A DNA stretch of 64,000 nucleotides from Eledone cirrhosa (GCA_964016885.1 OZ024742.1:229834001-229898000); one strand, 5' to 3'; positions 14,930 through 28,479 are shown, counted from the stretch's first letter. Translations and numbers: made by a program. Notes: generated from the sequence alone by a model not told the origin.

Positions 14930-15520
14930 TGCTACTGGTAACATGTATCCCAGTACAACCTGTCTCATGGTCGGGTCGTTGGCGACTAAACTGGCAACCC
15001 ACCAAGGTTTCTTGGTGAGGAGGGTGACTTTGTACATCCTGCAGGACTAAAAACAAAACTTGTCAAAGGGCAAAGGAGCTCTTAAGAGTCAATGGCCATC
15101 CAAAATCACCGGGAGAGATGACCCCTTAGCCTTTGTCAAGGCAGAATTCTAGGAGAAGGAAAACTCTGATATAACACCTGCAATCCTGATGGTCCCCAAT
15201 GATGTTGACTTGCTCTTCTTTTTGGTAAATATCATCTTGGTTAAGAGAGTGGGACTGGCTTTGTGCAGAGCCTTTGCTCACTATAAAAGCTTCACGGCAC
15301 AGGTATTGCTTTATATCTGGAGATCTCTCTGCACTTGTCGTCACATGGTACCATGGGCCCAGCACTATGTGTCAGTAATTGTCAGAAGTGTAGTGTTTGT
15401 ACCAGTTTTCAAGTCGCTGGCTGGACTAAAAAGTCACACTCGCTCAGCCCATCGGTAGGGGTTCTCCTACATGGATATAACGTAGTGGCCGTACTCGAAA
15501 ACGAGTTGGCAGCCAACATG
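14930..15520 (+). mobile_element. Non-autonomous RTE-related repeat, copy 2
   Basis: Its motif cccttagcctttgtcaaggc..ctaggagaaggaaaactc resembles the RTE 5' UTR at about 10540. The 3' part translates KSLAGLKSHTRS, like the RTE C-terminal zinc finger. Confidence 0.8.
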
Positions 15521-15963
15521 TATGTATGTATGTGTGTATGTGTGTATTATATATAGATAGGAGATAGACGATAGATAATAAGAAAACATGAAAAGAAAAA
15601 CAAAGAAATGAAAAGATATATGGTTGCGAAAATAAGGGGACATGAAAATGGTAAAAAGATTGAAGAGAATAAAGGAAAATTATAGCAACTCTAAAAACAA
15701 AGCACTAGAAAATGAAGGGAACAAATATAGCCAGGAAGAGAAAGAGAGAGAAAGAGAGGGAGAGAGAGTGCGTGTGAGAGAGAGATGAGAGATAGAGAGA
15801 TAGAGAGAGTGATTGTGTGTGAGAGAGAGAGAGTGTTTCTGTGTGAGAGAGAGAGAGAGTGTGTGTGTATGAGAGAGAAAATATGAGAGAGAGAAAGCGT
15901 GTTTGTCTGACATAGAGACAGAGTTAGAGAGTGTATTTATATGTATATGAGAGAAAGAGGGAG

Positions 15964-15995
<32 letters not shown>

Positions 15996-16145
15996 AGCGT
16001 GTGTGTGTATTTGTGTGTCAGAGAAAGAGAGAGTGTGTGTGTATGAGAGAGATAGAGATAGAGAGTGCGTGTGTGTGTACGTGTATATATATATATATGA
16101 GAGAGAGAAAGATAGAGAATGTGTGTGTGTGTGTATGAGAGAGAG

Positions 16146-16179
<34 letters not shown>

Positions 16180-16489
16180 TGAGTGAGAGAGAGAGTGGTT
16201 TGTGATAAAACAAGCTAGCGCAAGAACATGATAAACATCCAAATTAAGTTTCAAAGAGAAAATCTGAAAAATAACTATGGACGATTTAAATGGCAGTTTA
16301 CTAGGATTAATTATGATCCTAATCATGATTATGTATGTGAAAAGATTGCATCCCTTGACACTGTGTGGAAAACATGTCAATTTTGGTACAAAAATATAGG
16401 CCAGGGGGTTCAGGAAGCATATAATGTTCTAATAGTAATGTCGTTTTGCTTATATTTCAGTCACCATTACTTACATTGTTGTGGAAGCT

Positions 16490-16725
16490 ACATGTTCGAA
16501 TGGTTAGGAAGTTCGCTTCGCAATCATTAGGTTCTAGGTTCGGATCCACTGTAAAAGAAATTGTCTAAACGGAAACCGTTGGAAGCTTGTGGTATGGACT
16601 GAAACTGTAAGTCAATGCTGCATATCCCTGTGAATTACATTAACAGTACACATATCTGTGTAATGCTCAGCGAGATTACATGATAAGTTTCATGAGCCGG
16701 CTGTTCTGTTCATCGAACAATTGCT
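16490..16725 (+). mobile_element. Second SINE-like family (S2), degenerate; related copies at about 37370-37640, 47700-47860 (-) and 48815-49140
   Basis: tRNA-like head (ggttaggaagttcgcttcgcaatc..ggttcggatcc) and a shared body (ttcatgagc..tgttc..atcgaacaa). Confidence 0.5.
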
Positions 16726-17462
16726 CTTCCAGCGCATCTCCCTTATCATCATCCGCGAAAAGACCTTCTCCATTCTGACTGCCGGGGCTGAGGGGCGGCC
16801 AGCACGCGGGACCCCATTTGCTCACTACACAGAGAGATGAGGGGGGCGAGAGAGATGGGGGTTATGACGGTGGGAGTTCGGCTCTTCCGTGTTGCAACTG
16901 TCATATGGATCTTCTCTATATATCTTTCTAAATAATATTAAACCAGCTTACTCATACTACAATACTCATAGTATAAACAGGCGTAGAATCCGTCGATCCC
17001 AATCACGATAATTCCTCTGAAAACATTGCATTCCTGAGCTCTATAAGGAATGTATATGACAAGTGTATTGCAACACTGTAAGACTGTAATGCTATGAATC
17101 ACCAAGATTATGCTACTCTAATGAGAAGTTACATTTACATATATTTCAGTCACCAGTACATATAGAGGATATTCCTTTTGACACATATTCAAACTAACAA
17201 TGTTTTGGGAAAGAAGAAAAAAAAACATCATCCACGTAAACAATCGGGTTTTTCATGTGACATGAAATCAATGAAGTTCCCGAAACTGGTGCAGCCAATC
17301 GTTGAAGTGCCATCAAAGGATTTCGAAGAGCCTTACATATAATTGGCAGTGTCCATCTCCTTTCTCAAGTAATATAATTTATAGCAACGATTATCAGAAA
17401 AGATCTGTTTTCGGCAATTACAATTTATGATGGTTCTATTCAACCATAACAGTACGCGCTTT

Positions 17463-17521
<59 letters not shown>

Positions 17522-17660
17522 CTGTCAGATGCGCGAAAAACCACATACCGCACTTTCAATTCTACTTTTGAAAAGCATAAGAACTGAGAAACCGGTAAAG
17601 GAACCAAATAAATATTTCTAAAAAGAATACAGTTGCATTTTCGATTTCATCTTTTTTCCT

Positions 17661-17691
<31 letters not shown>

Positions 17692-17899
17692 CGTTTCTGA
17701 ATTTGTTTAGCAAGATTCTTTATCTGAAAACGAGTGTTGAAACCGATATTGTTATACTTTGGGAGGGTCATGTTGCCAATAAGAAAAACACGCACCAGTT
17801 GCTTTCACTTCAATTTATTATAATAAATTTATAAATTTAGGAATTTATAAATTTCCGGTTGGTTGGTTGGTTCCACAACCAGATGGTTGCTTATATATT

Positions 17900-17942
17900 G
17901 TCAAAATTCTTTCGTCACACATTCTGTGACCTCTTCAGTGAC
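17900..17942 (-). ncRNA. Degenerate hammerhead-like motif
   Basis: Minus strand reads GTCA-CTGAAGA-g-GTCAC/GTGAC-GAAA-gaattt-TGAC. Stem III is poor. Confidence 0.5.
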
Positions 17943-18067
17943 TGGGGATTCTTTTCTTTGTTTTTGTGCCTCTCCTTCGTTCTGTCCTACGCCATCTTGT
18001 TTCTCAGAAACAAGATATATATATATATATATATTTTAATTGCAAACTTGACTGTCACCACACATTA

Positions 18068-18106
18068 TGAACCTGAAGATTGCGAAAGCACAAAAGTACT
18101 TGTTTA
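18068..18106 (+). ncRNA. Minimal type I hammerhead with a G12>A change
   Basis: TGAAC-CTGAAGA-tTGC gaaa GCAc-AAAA-GTAC-TT-GTTTA. Stem I is TGAAC/GTTTA and stem III is the palindrome GTAC. Confidence 0.5.
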
Positions 18107-18151
18107 ATTAACACTTAACATTTAATATTCTACCATACTATTTCATTCTAA

Positions 18152-19165
18152 TCTATATATATAAAACTGTGGTTGTCTGTCTGTCTATCGATTTTTGGCA
18201 CACATCTCCTCTTAGAATCTCTCACGGAATTGCACCGAAATTGCTATACTTGTACATTGAGCCCTAGCGAAGACATCGGAAAAAAAAATTTCAAATTGAC
18301 CCACCCTATGTGACGAAATCGAATATAATGTATCGATTTTTGAGCGTAAGTTATCAGTTATTTCCCTTTGTTCTGTTTACATTGAGCGTCTTACGTAAAA
18401 AATTACGCTGGCTTTCTCAGCGTTTAAAATGACATTAACACATTCATCAGTTCGAACACTAAGCTTCCGTTTTGCTTCATTTCCATTTAAAAGCATTTTA
18501 AAACAATATTTTTACTTGAAAACAAGTCTATTTAAAGACTACGTAAAACAAGCAAATATTTCGTCGTTAGGCGTGCAGACAGACAGTCGCGCAGACAGAC
18601 AGTCGTGCAGAGAGGTGATATACGCGTGCAGACAGATAGTCGAGCAGAGAGGTGATATAGGCGTGCAGACAGACAGTCGTGCAGAGAGGTGATATAGGCG
18701 TGCAGACAGACAGTCGTGCAGAGAGGTGATATAGGAGTGCAGACAGACAGTCGTGCAGAGAGGTGATATAGGCGTGCAGACAGACAGTCGTGCAGAGAGG
18801 TGATATAGGCGTGCAGACAGACAGTCGTGCAGAGAGGTGATATAGGCGTGCAGACAGACATAACTGATAATTTGGTTACGCTAATGTTTTTCTCTGCGTT
18901 GCAGTGTTTACATTTTCGATCTTTGTTAATAAATAACCAGTGCAGTTTCTATCCCCAGCATCCTCTTTTGTTATAACATTCGGGTTATCGTTATGTTTTC
19001 TTAACTTCATAAGGCATATTGTTGGTTGAGGGAATATTAATCAAAAACACCACATGCAAGTCTGCACAGTAGACACTACAGTTTTTAAGCCAAGAAAGAA
19101 ACTTAACATTGCAACTTTAACACAGCTACTGAGCGACCCCGAGCAACGCCGGGCTTTACAGCTAG
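18152..19165 (+). mobile_element. Non-autonomous Helitron
   Basis: 5' TCTATATATATAAAA, 3' hairpin CCCGAGC-AAC-GCCGGG followed by CTAG, inserted between A and T. Homologous to 22923-23840. Confidence 0.8.
18568..18860. repeat. 37-bp minisatellite (about 7-8 units) inside the Helitron
   Basis: Unit ataggcgtgcagacagacagtcgtgcagagaggtgat, with a period of 37. Confidence 0.9.
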
Positions 19166-19232
19166 TACCATTATAAATTTTAAAGGATTGTAAATAAAAC
19201 GAGTAATTCAGACAAAGTTGGAATTCCTTTTA

Positions 19233-19287
<55 letters not shown>

Positions 19288-19384
19288 AGGGAGTGTAACG
19301 TGAAGTTATTGTAGGTTCACCCAAGTGAGCACTCGATGTTTAGGTTCACGTCAGTGGCGAGGTGTAGAGCTAAACAGAGTGTAA

Positions 19385-19605
19385 TATTGTTTCTGATTTA
19401 GGCACAAGGCACGCAATTTTTGGGAGAGGGGATGGTCGATTAAATCGACCCCAGTATGTTACTAGTGGTTTATGTTATCGACTCCCGTAAGGGTGAAAAG
19501 CTAAGCTATTCTCTGCTGGATTTGAATGCAGAACGTTAAGGGCCGTATCTCTCTGCTACAAAAAATGTTATCCCGCGCGCACTCGATTCTGCCAATCCAC
19601 CACCC
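19385..19605 (-). mobile_element. SINE S1 copy
   Basis: ggcacaagg..tcgaccccag..atcgac..ggatttgaa..ctgccaatccacc. Confidence 0.75.
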
Positions 19606-19621
19606 AAGAGTGTAATATAAT

Positions 19622-19863
19622 AATAATACAAGGACAATTTGTTAAGCCTTCACTACGTTTATTGACTGGTGACGCGCATTTCGCTATTGATCACCTCAAG
19701 GTTCCACTTGTATCGATATGTTGTAATGACAACAGCAGATGTCCCACGAACTTTTGATTCCAGAGTCGGGCCAAATCGATACTGAACGAACCTTGAGCTG
19801 ATCAATAGCGAAACGCGCGTCATCAATCAATAAACGCAATGAAGGCTTAACAAATCGTCATTG

Positions 19864-19870
<7 letters not shown>
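19622..19870. repeat. Inverted repeat with arms of about 80 bp and an HHR-like half motif, next to (TA)n
   Basis: 19622-19702 mirrors 19790-19870. Contains GAAAC-GCGC-GTC, a palindromic stem III with GUC. Confidence 0.75.
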
Positions 19871-19916
<46 letters not shown>

Positions 19917-20419
19917 TTTCCTATGTCCGTCATTCGTGCTACATTAATAATTTCGCTCTCCAATCATTTATACATATAAATAGTCTCTTCTTTAGAGTTA
20001 CTCTTAGATTTAATCATGTATATTATTTGTAGATATATACTGAATATTTATGTAATCACATTCAAGAAATAAATTAAAATATCATTCTTATGTTAATCAC
20101 TTTCACACACCAGTAATCGCCATCGAATATAGGGTTACTCTTACGCAAATTATTAATTTCCCAAAGCGGAAACTTCCAGGAGTGTTTGATCGTTCATATA
20201 CCCGGTAATACATGTATATATGGGATACCTATTCTGTAATCAGAAGGTAATGGTATTCAACGTTATCGCTGCATTTCTAGACTGTTTTTGTCCAATAGTG
20301 TTATTCTAAATCAGAATACTTTCTGAACAAACAACCGAGTTCATAGCTGTGTTTGTGGCAGTGGCTTTCTCCAACATTGTTTCCTACCCTTCGGACCACA
20401 TCCCTGCTAATTGCTATCG

Positions 20420-20530
20420 GAACTGAGTTGGCTGCCGCAAGTTCGAGACGCGGGTGGTGGAGTGGTTGTTCCAGCGCCTCTCCTTCGCGATTCTCCGAGG
20501 CAATGTCTTCCCCAACCTGAGCGACCTAGC
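20420..20530 (+). mobile_element. 3' tail fragment of a restriction-like-endonuclease LINE (CRE/NeSL-like)
   Basis: Translates EWLFQRLSFAILRGN, matching the C-terminal FQRLSxAIxRGN motif of these elements. Confidence 0.55.
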
Positions 20531-20865
20531 GTTAAATACAGGTTACAAACACATACAAACACACAACAGAATAAACTCTAAACATTATTTGTTTAATCTA
20601 CTAAATCTACTTCCATACAGCCAGTTTGTCATTTACATTTACATGGGTTTAAAGCAATTTGTAAAGTGCACGCATGAAGTTATCACGATATTGGGTCTCG
20701 TCAGCCTCTACACAATAAATATCAAATATTCCTATAGATATATTTATAAGTAATATTCAGTGAGAATCAGAAAGCTATCTAAGCAGAGGACTTACAACTT
20801 ATATTATACCTTCAAGAAATCATTCATGAATTCAGTTCTTATGTTAGCATTTTTCCAATATTGCA

Positions 20866-22921
20866 GAGGTGGAAACACGTGCGTAGAGAGAGAGTGAGAG
20901 TGAAAGAAAGAGACAGACTACGAGAGGGGGATAGCGGGAGGGGGAGAGAGAGAGAGAGAGAGTGAATAGACGCTAAAACACGTGCTATAGAAACATTACC
21001 TTCCCCTCTCCACTGACTTTGGTCACTGAGGCCGAGGGAATCGTTGGTTGCTATAGAGACACCTTGCACAAGCCAGAAGTAACCAGTTCGAGGCGGTTCT
21101 GACTTGACACCATGCGAAGAAGGTTGTCATTGAATTTGTGGTTGTTGCTGCTGATAATAAAGACCATTTGAAGAAGGTTGCTGCTGACGAGGTAATTTAT
21201 TAATCAGATTGCGCAGTTCCATAACCTACGTTTGATTTGTTCAATTTTTTTCTTCCATTTTTTTTTTTTTTTTTTTATTTCTTATTGAAAAAATATAAAT
21301 AATAAAATAAGGTTAGAAATTTAAATACGATTTAATTTCCATTTCCAGCAGCCAATGTCCAGTGTTCAATTTCATGAAAAAATTGGAAATAATTCAAAAG
21401 ATTGAAGTTTAACTTTTGAACATTTGTTTTGCAATAAAAAAATATTTCCTTATTCACACCTAATGGTATGATTAAAATTTCATAGGAATATTTTTTTCTA
21501 ACCGCCAATTATTTAAATATTATTAAAAATAAATTTTTTTTTTAAAAGAATGGAAGATTTTGTGGATTTTTTTACCACCTTCCAAGCCTTAAACACTAAT
21601 TCTCGCGAATTTGTGTTTTGTAATGACCCTCAGGACGCTGCTATTGTTGATTCCAATAGTGCCTGGTATTCGAATATATTAGTATACAATTTTTTGATTA
21701 AAATTAAGGCGCAATTAGAGCTGCCAAACAAAATTTTTTTCGGCTTCGGCCCATATTATATATATATATATATAATGGGGATGATGATGATGATATACAT
21801 AGTTACATATGTATATGTAATCTCCTTATAATATATAACCAGCAATTTCTCTCTGTCTGTCGGACAGTGGAAACACGTGCGCGCGTGCGAATGTTTTTTG
21901 CGCACGCGTAGATAGAGAGTGAGAGTGAAAGAAAGAGACAGACTACAAGAGGGGGATAACGGGAGGGAGAGGGGGGAATTAAGGAGTGCTACAGAAACAT
22001 ATATACATTTCTGTGTGTGTGTAATATATATATATATACACACAGAAATATATATATATACACACAGAAATATATATACATTTCTGTGTGTGCAATATAT
22101 ATATATATACACACAGAAATATATATACATTTCTGTGTGTGTAATATATATATATATACTAGCAGAAAACCACCCGGTGGGTGGTTTTCTGCTAATCTAC
22201 TTATATATATAACCAGCAATTTCTCTGTCTGTCTGTCCGACAGTGGAAACACGTGCGTAGAGAGAGAGTGAGAGTGAAAGAAAGAGACAGACTACGAGAG
22301 GGGGATAGCGGGAGGGGAGAGAGAGAGAAAGAGAGTGAATAGACGCTAAAACACGTGCTATAGAAACATTACCTTCCCCTCTCCACTGACTTTGGTCACT
22401 GAGGCCGAGGGAATCGTTGGTTGCTATAGAGACACCTTGCACAAGCCAGAAGTAACCAGTTCGAGGCGGTTCTGACTTGACACCATGCGAAGAAGGTTGC
22501 CATTGGATTTGTGGTTGTTGCTACTGATAATAAGGACCATTTGAAGAAGGTTGCTGCTGATGAGGTAATTTATTAATCAGATTGCGCAGTTCCATAACCT
22601 ACGTTTGATTTGTTCAATGTTTTTCTTCAATTTTTTTTGTTGTTTTTTTTATTTCTTATTGAAAAAATATAAATAATAAAATAAGGTTAGAAATTTAAAT
22701 ACAATTAAATACGATTTAATTTCCATTTCCAGCAGCCAATGTCCAGTGTTCAATTTCATGAAAAAATTGGAAATAATTCAAAAAATTGAAGTTTAACTTT
22801 TGAACATTTGTTTTGACAATAAAAAAATATTTCCTTATTTACACCTAATGGTATAATTAAAATTTCAGTATATACACTAGATTTGCTAGCAGAAAACCGC
22901 CCACCGGGTGGTTTTCTGCTA
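20866..22921 (+). mobile_element. Tandemly duplicated Helitron-like units with palindromic junctions
   Basis: About 20866-21482 is repeated at about 22243-22868. TC..TATATAACCAGCAATTTCTC starts at about 21821 and 22196. Palindromes CTAGCAGAAAACC...GGTTTTCTGCTA at about 22159-22194 and 22886-22921. Confidence 0.6.
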
Positions 22922-22922
22922 C

Positions 22923-23840
22923 TCTATATATATAAAACTGAGGTTGTCTATCTGTCTGTCTACTAAAACGGCCGGCACGCATCTCTTCCTAAACGGTACG
23001 TTCAAATTTCAGTGAAATTGCTACACTTATAGATGAAGGTCCGGCGGAGACATCGGTCAAAAGAATGTTCAAATCGATCCACGCCAAGTGCAAAAATCGA
23101 ATTTGTAATGTATTGATTTTTCAGTTCAAATGTATAAATAGAGATGAGAGACAAGTTATTTCCTTTTTATGGTGTTATTCTGTCTATCTATTTACGTTAC
23201 GAATATACGACGCGTGCAAAGGTACAAAAATACGCGAACAGTTTTCGGACCAGCAAAATTTTAACCTACAAAATTCAGGAGTTCGAAGTTTCAACATTAA
23301 GCTTCCATTTTGCTTCATTTCCATTAAAACGTGTTTTAAAACAATATTTTTACTTGAAAACAAGCCTATTTGAATACACCGTACAACAAGGAAATATTTT
23401 GTAAAAAAAGCATTGATCTGAAATAAAGCCTTATGAGATTTTCATTTAGAAATGTGATATAAAACGACAGACAGATAACGCATTTTTTTTTTTTTTTTTT
23501 TTTCATGTCCATCCAATTTCTTTGTTTGAAAATAACTGATAGTTTGGTTAGGCTGATGTTTTTCTCTGAGACAAGTGTTGCAGTGTTTACATTTTCGATT
23601 TTTGTTAATAGATTACCAGTGCAGCATCCCCAGCATCCTCTTTTGTTTTAACATTCGGGTTATGGTTATGTTTTCTTAACTTCATAAGGCATACTGTTGG
23701 TTGAGGGAATATTAATCAAAAGTACCACATGAAAGTCTACACTGTAGATTCTACAGTTTTTAAGCCAAGAAAGGAACTTAACTTTGTAACATTAACACAG
23801 CTAGTGAGCAGCCCCGGGCAACGCCGGGTTTTACTGCTAG
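22923..23840 (+). mobile_element. Non-autonomous Helitron
   Basis: TCTATATATATAAAA start, CCCGGGC-AAC-GCCGGG hairpin and CTAG end. Homologous to 18152-19165 but lacks the minisatellite. Confidence 0.8.
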
Positions 23841-24236
23841 TACATTTATAAACACATACACAATCACACAGACACACAGTAATACAGTCACAGACAAACA
23901 CTCAGATACACTCACTCAAGTATCCATATATTTTGGAATACAGAATATTTTTTTAATTAAAAATCTATACGCAACACCTGTACCCTCTCTCTCTCTCCCA
24001 CTCTCACTTTTCATATATGTGTGTTGTGTGCGCGTGAGTGTGTTTCTGTATACATACATGCATATATATATGTATATATATATGTGTATATATATATATA
24101 TATGTGTGTATGTGTGTGTGTGTGTGTGTCTGTGTGTATATATGTATATTTATATATACATATATATATCTATATATTTATATATATATATGTGTGTGTA
24201 TATATATATATAAATATATATATATGTGTAAGTATA

Positions 24237-24355
<119 letters not shown>

Positions 24356-24709
24356 GTGTGCGTGTATACGTTCGTGTGTGTATATATGCATGTATAGATA
24401 TATAGATATATAGATATATAGATATATAGATAGATATATGTATGGAATATTCAGAATCAAAGTAAGATACCATAAATCATTTGGGATTACGCTTTCCTCT
24501 TGAATTATACATTTCAAGAGCGAACTATCTATTTGATCGATTTTTTCCCAGTGTGATGCGATTGATCTATTCTTTGGTTCGACTTCTTCATGCGGATTAA
24601 ATACAACAATAATGACGCTACGAACTCAGGAAAATGTAACGCTACGGTGTCAACTGTGTGATATCTTAGAGGGAGATATATATGTACACCCCCCACCCCC
24701 ACCCACCCC

Positions 24710-24767
<58 letters not shown>

Positions 24768-25078
24768 TTGGGGGGGGGGGTCATATTGTTGTAATAATAT
24801 TGCCAGAAATAATAACAGAACACACTCACTGTTTGGTTGCTGTTTCGCTTCTGTATCTTTTATATCTCCACAGTTAATTCATTCGGTCCTCAGTGTTTAC
24901 CATTTACTGACCAACGGTCAAAAATACAGATATAATATAGATAGAAACACACATATATAGTCTAACAAAGTTCTTTCGTTGCACATCTGCAACATCATTA
25001 GTGGTACTATTATGTTCCCCCTGTTGTATTGTATATCTACGACATTTTCATTTTATATATATATATAAATATATATAC

Positions 25079-25145
<67 letters not shown>

Positions 25146-25187
25146 ACGATATTAACAAATGGAAACTATATTTATAAAACCATATTT

Positions 25188-25250
25188 ATTTCATTATACA
25201 TATTTCAAGGACACCAAGTTAAATTATGGTGTGCTTTCATCAGATAAAAT
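25188..25250 (-). ncRNA. Type I hammerhead ribozyme
   Basis: Minus strand reads ATTTTAT-CTGATGA-AAG..ACACCA/TGGTGT..CTT-GAAA-TATGTA-TA-ATGAAAT. Stem I is 7 bp and the triplet is AUA. Lies between two (TA)n tracts. Confidence 0.75.
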
Positions 25251-25332
25251 ATAATATAGAGCAGTTTTATCAATAAATATTGACATACCCTTAAAGAATG
25301 CAACCATTACTGTTGGAAGCTCCCTCTATCTT

Positions 25333-25408
<76 letters not shown>

Positions 25409-25509
25409 GATAGTATTGTCAAAAGGATTGGTCAAAAATTTGTTGTAAAGACAGATGATTCTATTATGGCATTTAGTGGAAGGTAGGGGTAGCTGAACTT
25501 GCTGGTAGA

Positions 25510-26530
25510 ACAAAGAGGGAGTGGGAGAAACCCAGTCAAGCCTTGAAAGTGAAATCTATACACGAGATTCTAAGGATAGTGTATAGAAGGTCGAAAAAAG
25601 TGCACCGGAGAGGGGGGGGGATAAGTAAATCGAAAGGGTATAAACAAAAACCCTTTATAAAAATGAGGAAATAAATATATAAAAAAAATATATTAAAAAA
25701 AAAACAAATTCTAGCCACTACTCCATCCACACAATCACCAAATCTCTCATTGGCGATTGCTAAGCTATAGAAAAGTTTAAGAGGTGGAGAAAAATGTTAA
25801 AAACGGGATTGTTGGAAAGAATTTTATAAAGCCATCTTTACAGGGGGTCGAACACCACTGCCTATAGTTAGTAGTAATCAGCCAATGCTACCTTACAGGT
25901 TAATAAGTTGAGGACAAACATACTAAAAACCTAATACAAAATATTAGTTCAGAATGCTAATACATAAATACTAATACAAAAATACCACTAAGAGTTTTAT
26001 AAATTTCCTAAATTTCTTAGTGGTATTTTTGCATTAGTATTCTTGTATTAGTATTTATGTATTAGTATTCTGAATTAATATTTCGTATTAGTTTTTTAGT
26101 ATGTTTGCCCTCAACTTATTAACCTGTCATTGTAAGATAGCATTGGCTGATTACTACTAACTATAGTAGTGGTGTTAGACCCCCTGTAAAGATAGCTTTA
26201 TAAAATTCTTTCCAACAATCCCGTATTTAGCATTTTTCTCCACCTATTAAACTTTTCTATAGCTTAGCAATCCCAATGAGAGATTTGGTGATTGTGGGGA
26301 TGGAGTAGTGGCCAGGAATTGTTTTTTTTTAATATATTTTTTATATATTTATTTCCTCATTTTTATAATGGCTTTTTTGTTTACTCCCTTTCGATTTACT
26401 TATTTTTTCACACACCCCCTCCTCCCCTTCTCCAGTACACTTTTTTCGACCTTCTATACACTATCCTTAGAATCTGCTGTATATATTTCACTTTCAACGC
26501 TTGACTGGGTTTCCCCCACTCCCTCTTTGT
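25510..26530. repeat. Inverted repeat with arms of about 500 bp next to (TA)n
   Basis: About 25510-26000 mirrors about 26015-26530 with scattered substitutions. Confidence 0.9.
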
Positions 26531-26544
26531 TATATATATATATA

Positions 26545-27234
<690 letters not shown>

Positions 27235-27744
27235 ATACATATATATACATTTTATTTTGATATATTTATGGAAAACTATAATGAATTGAAATGCTCATAA
27301 TGATCTATATATGAAAAATTACGGAGCACTACGAAAAGAAATTATCTGATAGAAAATAATATATAAATACTTTTTACAGGTTGTTTTGCAGAAATAATCT
27401 TGGTTCGATGATTTGTATTTGCAGTGACAGAATTCAGCTACGGGTATTTGTTTTGTAACAAGAATCTTTAATCCATAAATGATAACCACTTTTATGTGTA
27501 TTGGTAATTCAACTTGATATGTATCTAGCCAATATTCCATTTTATTTATTCCATTGTCGTGCGGGATATTTGTTTATGAATTAAGAACCTCGAAGGAAAC
27601 AATAATTATATCTTCACGTATTGATTTCGTGACGTAATTAAACATGTTAAAATCATAGGGTAGAGTAATCTCTAAATGTCTTAAAAAGGGATGTAGAAAG
27701 ATGTCCAGGGTGTTGCTTCGTCTGTGTGTTTCGAATGCAAAGCT

Positions 27745-28445
27745 TCTTCTTCTTCTTCTTCTTCTTCTTCTTCTTCTTCTTCTTCTTCTTCTTCTTCTTC
27801 TTCTTCTTCTTCGCCCACTTATTCCTGAGAGGGCCGTTAGGGCAGAGTCCTAACGCACTCCTTCCAGCGGGTACTGTCACAAGCAATCGTTTCCAACCTA
27901 TTTGGCTGGATTCCCGAACGTGACCAACCAAGCGCATGGATGTTATCCAACCATCTTGCTCAGTGTACCACTGGGCCTCCTGCCAGTTGGTTTTGCGGTT
28001 AAAAATCTGTTCAACCATTTTTCATGTGACATTCTAACTATATGCTCACAGGAGCTGTGATTTCTCAATTCGGAGAAGTACCGGCTTTACATGGCGTGAC
28101 TCTCTGATCTACGATCTATGCACTCTATCGAGTAACGAACTCCGAATACGCTTCCGAGGAGCCCCAGTTGGGCCGCTTGTATTCGCAGTCGTATTTTCGG
28201 ATATTACCCAAGATTCATGACTATAAGTAACGGATGGCACAAAGATAGCAAGTTTAGCTTTTACACCTTCCTCTCTTCTTCTGATTACCGAATACTGAAG
28301 CTGGCGCATTGCTACTCCAACTCCAACAATTCTTGGACTTAATTCAGCCTCCTGCCTTTCCTCACTCGTGAACAGAGCCCCGAGATTATTGAACCTCTCT
28401 GCCTGCTTCAGTGGAACCCCATTCATATGTAGAGAGCACTGTGCA
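27745..28445 (-). mobile_element. RTE/Expander-like LINE 3' fragment with an (AAG)n tail
   Basis: LKQAERFNNLGALFTS..VTYSHESWV-type RT C-terminal remnants. The (TTC)n run at 27743-27812 is the tail on the minus strand. Confidence 0.65.
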
Positions 28446-28479
28446 GGCTTCCTTGAGAAATTTTGATTTTGTTTGTGTA

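Noticed and set aside
18568-18860. 37-bp periodic repeat resembling a CRISPR array
   Set aside because: The units are contiguous with no unique spacers, no cas genes are present and the context is eukaryotic.
25510-26530. Hammerhead in the largest palindrome, or a MITE interpretation
   Set aside because: No core motif was found by eye and no clear TIR/target-site-duplication boundary. Reported only as an inverted repeat.
27319-27540. 73-aa ORF as a host exon
   Set aside because: No recognisable motif, and splice signals are ambiguous on both strands.
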